DNA from: Octopus vulgaris | Lineage: Eukaryota | NCBI GenBank assembly: GCA_951406725.2 | Contig: OX597830.1 | Span: 1,178,001-1,242,000 of the forward strand | Direction of reading: 5' to 3' | Length of the DNA: 64,000 nt | Shown: in pieces, positions 58,363 to 64,000 of the stretch | How the letters are laid out: the number at the start of each line of letters is the position of its first letter | Numbering within the stretch: position 1 is the first letter of the stretch | Translations under genes and position numbers: made by a program | The notes under the pieces: model-generated | Told to the model about the DNA's origin: nothing | The model's database searches: none | Seen by the model: only the letters and a program-made list of their open reading frames with translations

Positions 58363-58481
58363 ATATATACACAGAAAAAGACCGAGAGAGACATATCAGA
58401 GGGGGTAGAAAAGTGAGGAGAGAGAGATATGTAAGATATATATGTGTATACGTTTATGCTCGTGTTCATGTACATACCCTA

Positions 58482-58860
58482 TCAATGTAACGGGCTTGTT
58501 CTCGATACTTGCACATGCTGGTGCCATCCAACGTAGTTTAAGCATTTTGGTTAGATGGAAGGACCGTAAATTAACAGAAATTCAGTTAATGTTTTGAATA
58601 ATTTCTGTTTAATATTTCTCTCTGGGTTTAGATTTTGTATTACGTTCATAAATTTAAGTATATCCCAACCTTTAACTACACTTAGCTTAACATCTCATAT
58701 TCTATGTTAGTTTCAAAGCACAGTGAAGTAGTTACACTTTCCGAGTTCTATCTGTTGAGGTTCATAAAATACCATAATACGTTTCGTCCTCACACACAAA
58801 CACACACTCGCTTTAACAAATACACGTGTATGCATATTTGTGTGTGTATAAAGCTATAAC

Positions 58861-58897
<37 letters not shown>

Positions 58898-60117
58898 GAG
58901 AGAAAAGTGAATGAGAGAAAAGAGAGACGGTGAGTTGGAGAGAGAAAAGGGAGAGAGCGTGAGAGAAAGATAAATGATGTGTAATGAAGGTATGAAAATA
59001 TACACAAGGTAAATATTCCGTGTATAAATAACCGACTGTTACAACATAGAAATTTTACAGGTGCGTGTGTTAAATTATAAGGCACAAAAACAAAATGTCT
59101 CTCCCCAGGCACAACAAAATATGCTTCAACTCACATAAAGAATCTTGCAAACCAAATCCAAAAAGGAAATACAACATAGAAGGTTCTTTTGAATTAACTT
59201 TGACGCCAGTTAAAGGAAATGATCTTTAATAGGAAAATGTCAAGGGTTCAGGGAAATTTTCTTTAGCTGCTACAGAGATTGATTACTATATAAATCATGG
59301 AAATAAAACAGCTGAAGTAAAATTGCATGTTATGCAAGTGGCAGTATGTAGGGAGATCATTTGTGCTTTATATGATGAAACAAATCTATCAATAGTAGTA
59401 TTCTGCATTTGAGTGAGCAGGGGTGATATGTGCCTAGGCACATGGTGAGGACGTTTTCGCTTTGTAATTATTGACCCCCTGTTCCCTCCGTCTACTGAAG
59501 TAATTTGCAAGTGCAAGATTCACGGGAAGTCATGTCTAGTGAGTTAAATCGGGGAGACAGAATTAAGTTAGTTTGAGCAAAGGTATCTATAACAACGGGC
59601 AGCGACGTTGCTTAGAATACATAGTCGTAATACTGTTTAGGAACTTTTGAATACGTTACTTATCTTGGCCTCTCGCTCTCTCTTCTTTCACTCACTTTTC
59701 TCTCTCTCATTCTCTCTCTCCCTCTCTCTCTCTCTCTTATGGCTTTATATACACACAGATATGCATACATGTGTATTTGTTAAAGCGTATGAGTAGATGT
59801 GTACGTTGTCTGTGATAGCGAAACGTATTACGCTATTTTATGGACTTCACCAGATACAACTTGCAGGTGCGACTCGTTCATTATGCCTTGGAACCAACAA
59901 AGAATATGACGTTAGCAGATGTTATGTGTAGTTAAAGGTTGGGATATACTTAAATTTATGAACGTAATACGGAAATCTAAATCCAGAGAGAAATATTAAA
60001 CGGAAATTCTTCAAAGCATTAACTGCATTTCTGTTAATTCAAGTTCCTTCTATCTAACCAAAACGCTTAAACTACGCTGGATTGCACCAACATGTACAAG
60101 TCACGAGTTATATTGAA
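58482..60117. mobile_element. Fold-back / long-TIR non-autonomous element
   Basis: 58482-58930 is the diverged reverse complement of ~59670-60117, e.g. GTATTACGTTCATAAATTTAAGTATATCCCAACCTTTAACTACAC exact in both arms. Confidence 0.75.
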
Positions 60118-60504
60118 CCCATATTCAAAGAACACACGGTCAATGAAGGATCATTCAAAAGCTTCCTAAAGCGTTAGTTGTCGATAAAAAAATGTTCCAT
60201 TTGCAGGGAATGGTTGGTGAGGTAAGGAGGATTTCGTTAAGCAAAATAACATTGGCCACTCTGCAAAAGACATAAGTTAAATGAGTGACAGAGGCAGTTG
60301 ACATCACCGAAAGGAGTTGGCTCATTGCAACAACAATCATGATGGTAAGAGGGTGAGTGTCACATGAGTACAAGTAAGCCCCAGCGTGTTCACTGCAACT
60401 GAGAACAAGCTCGTTTCATTGATAATGCATAATATAAGATCGCAAACATAAATATATACACATATATATCAACATATCCCGCTCTCTCTCTCGCTTCTCA
60501 CTCA

Positions 60505-60564
<60 letters not shown>

Positions 60565-60829
60565 CATACACACACAAATATATTTATTTACACACATACA
60601 TACAAGCACACAAAAAATTGTTGACTGTTCGATTATACTTGAGGCATTCGAACCCGTAAGAAAGCTATTCATTATGTTTTGTCATTCAGAAAATATCTCA
60701 CTGTAGACAATTAGATGTTAACGCATTGAGAAATATCACTGCTCCCCGTAACCAGATTGTTGAATGCATGCATTTCGGGCTGATTATCTACTCTAGAGAC
60801 CGGAAAGACAGGAGCGGGGAAGTGACATT

Positions 60830-61314
<485 letters not shown>

Positions 61315-61489
61315 ATACAAACACATCCAACTACAGGCAAACCTTTGTACAGAATAGCAATGTCATTTCAGTTGAGCGATAATTCTTCAAAGGATAAAAA
61401 GAAATGTTTCGATTAATAGTGGGGCATGATTTAACGCTGTTTATGTGATGGTTGACAATATGCCTTTACTTGGATACTTTCACACTTTC

Positions 61490-61690
61490 AAAAGGTCAGC
61501 AATTTTGTAGGAGTGGGGCGAGTCGATTACATGAGCCTCAATTCTTAACTGGCGCTTATTTTAGAGACCTCGAAAAGATGAATTAAAAGTTCGGCCGCGA
61601 CGGAATTTGAACTCAGAATGTGAAGTCGGAAGAAGTGCTGCAAAGCAGGTTTGTTCGGCTGTTAACGATTCTGGCTGCTTACCGCCTTAA
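61490..61690 (-). mobile_element. SINE family 2
   Basis: GAGTCGATTACA...GGAATTTGAACTCAGAATG...GTTAACGATTCTG..CCGCCTT. Confidence 0.75.
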
Positions 61691-62080
61691 ATGCCAGGAA
61701 ATCTTTATCGCAGACGAGGTGCATTGTTTCCAGCTAGTTCATAAATAGTGAATTATAAGCCCTAAATATACTGATTACAGAAAGCTTCCAAACATCCTTT
61801 ATACATCAATCTCAGTTCACAAATCAAAATTTCGCAGAAATTTCTTTTCCGTTGATATTTTTTTGATACGTTGCAATCATGTCTCCCAGGTTTTCTGTTG
61901 AAGGCGACAGCCTAAGCAGAATAAGAAGCGGATGTGCATTATGGTTGCCAAATAGTTGCAAATAGGTAAAATATGGCTGTGAACGGAAGTGTATATATAT
62001 ACATATATCCACGCATACACACATGCTTAGATACACATATACATATAGCTTAATAAGTCCACACATCTATATCTATCTAT

Positions 62081-62125
<45 letters not shown>

Positions 62126-63635
62126 TATGCATATATAGAGGTGTGTATATGCACACACATACACATATATACGCGACCGTTTGTTGCTGTGTATGCGTGT
62201 GAGAGTATGCAGAGTATGTTCGCGTGCGCTAGCGTATATGCGTGTTGGTGCGCGTCTGTTGAAACATTATCAATCAAACCGTCCCCGTGTATTGCAGATA
62301 ACTCCATACACATATCTAAATAAAAGTGTTTTCTTTATGAAATTCATTTGTTAATCATTTGCTTTTCTGCTTCACTTCCCTCATTTAATATATTTAACTG
62401 CTTTTCTATTGTTATTCTTATAAATTCGTGCTGGATCAGGTGTCTTTATGGCAAAATTCAGTTTAAAGTAGCAATGATAATCATTGTTCACTGTCGTAGG
62501 ACAATGTTGTTAACTTCATCGTATCAAATATATATTATATTCAATTAATATATAACGTCGTCTCCCATCCCTAACCTTACAGCAATCCGCGTGCAAAAAC
62601 ACGTATATGCGCGCACACACACATATTACTATACGCTTGCATCGGCGCATGAACACAGAGACATCTATTATAAACAGTTGGATATTTATTGCTTCAGCAA
62701 TTTGAGATAATGAGTAACTGAGTCTAGAATTCAATGACTCATGCTCACATGTATGGGTGCATATCTACACAGATGCTCAAAGCGATGTAATTTGTACTCA
62801 CAAAATGGAGTAGTACTGTAACTGATATTGTCGACTGCCACTGTTGAGTACAGTATGATAACGCTAGTATATGATATTTAATGTTCATTATTCCTGCGTT
62901 GATGTTTCACAAAATGTTGTTTACATAAATGTTGTTCGAAATGGCAGTCAATTTCACTACCTTAACAACATTCATCTCTTCGTAGAGAAAGGCGCACGTA
63001 GAGTAATCGATGTTTGGATACGCGTAGTAATACAGGATTTCTGGCCATCTTAATCACAACAGTAAAATTCAAAACGATATATCAAAACGCCTCTCTGATA
63101 TTGGAAAGCGAGCATTCGATAATGTGTCTGTGTGTGCATGTGTAGAGTAACTTAGAGCTACAATAAATACACTTCACATTTAAGTGAACCTAAGTAAATC
63201 TTAACATATCCACGAGTATCCTCAGTTCCCAACTTCCTCATCGGTTCATTCCCCCCTTCCCCCTCCTTTCTCTCTCCGTTTATATTCCTGTCTTCGCCAT
63301 TTACTCTTTTTCTCTTCGTCCACATCTCCCCGCATATTTTGTCTGTAATCCAATCAATGTTCAACTTTATTTCTACACAAGACCTACCATCTAAACAGAA
63401 TTTTCCACTTAGGATATATTGCTTTCACTTTTGTCATTCCTAATACTTTTCTTCTCTCCGTTAATTCTGATTAAAGGCAACATTAAAAACATTACTTTTT
63501 CTTTTTTCTTCTGTTCCAATATTAACTTTATTTTGCACATCTTTGAGTAACGAGATTTCTGTTTTTATATTTGTACGCTTTCCACGTGTTTTGTTTCTTT
63601 GTTTCATCTTTAGACAAATTAAATACACACATACG

Positions 63636-63636
<1 letters not shown>

Positions 63637-63728
<92 letters not shown>

Positions 63729-63735
63729 ATATGTA
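63637..63735. repeat. (TA)n(TG)n microsatellite
   Basis: Direct inspection. Confidence 0.95.
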
Positions 63736-64000
63736 TTATGTAGATAGATTTATAATGCCGGGCGTGTCCTCTTAAAGTATATGTGCTTATTCCAAAAGTT
63801 ATATTTGCTTGAGGCATGTATAAGTGGTGAAAAATACTGGAAAGCATATATGATTCTCGCCCTGAAGAATTTCTAATAGGAATTGTCTAACATGTTTCTC
63901 CTGAAGTACAATTTTGTAGCTCGTATTAGAAAACGAAAGACGTGCGATGGTGAATAATACCAACATTCTGTTGTGATATACATGCACACACATATATTTA

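Overview
Eukaryotic, AT-rich, repeat-dominated DNA. The SINE families and microsatellite load point to a coleoid cephalopod, probably Octopus (inference). I found no intact host gene. 1-23 kb: tRNA-derived SINEs, two decayed R4/Dong-like retroposons, a probable cadherin-repeat pseudogene (minus strand, 11-13 kb), an internally deleted Gypsy remnant and a decayed mariner. 23.7-58 kb: a nest of very long interrupted (TA)n arrays holding 11 pieces of two related CR1/L2-group LINE families (A, with a Myb/SANT + CCCH ORF1, and B) in both orientations, a 5'-truncated Penelope-like (Naiad-type) RT/GIY-YIG element, and four different type I hammerhead ribozymes in Penelope pseudo-LTR-like segments at or within the nest. 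The strongest candidate for an undescribed system is a non-coding 554-nt hammerhead unit (37761-38721). Its upstream repeat starts exactly at the predicted self-cleavage site and its 3' end runs into (TA)n, as expected for a retrozyme-like RNA mobilised by a Penelope RT. 58-64 kb: an Arg-tRNA-like SINE, a 1.6-kb fold-back element with ~450-bp arms, and a Dong/R4 3' end in (TAA)n. The long Y/I-rich ORFs are microsatellite artefacts. All calls were made by eye, and the TA-array region needs long-read confirmation.
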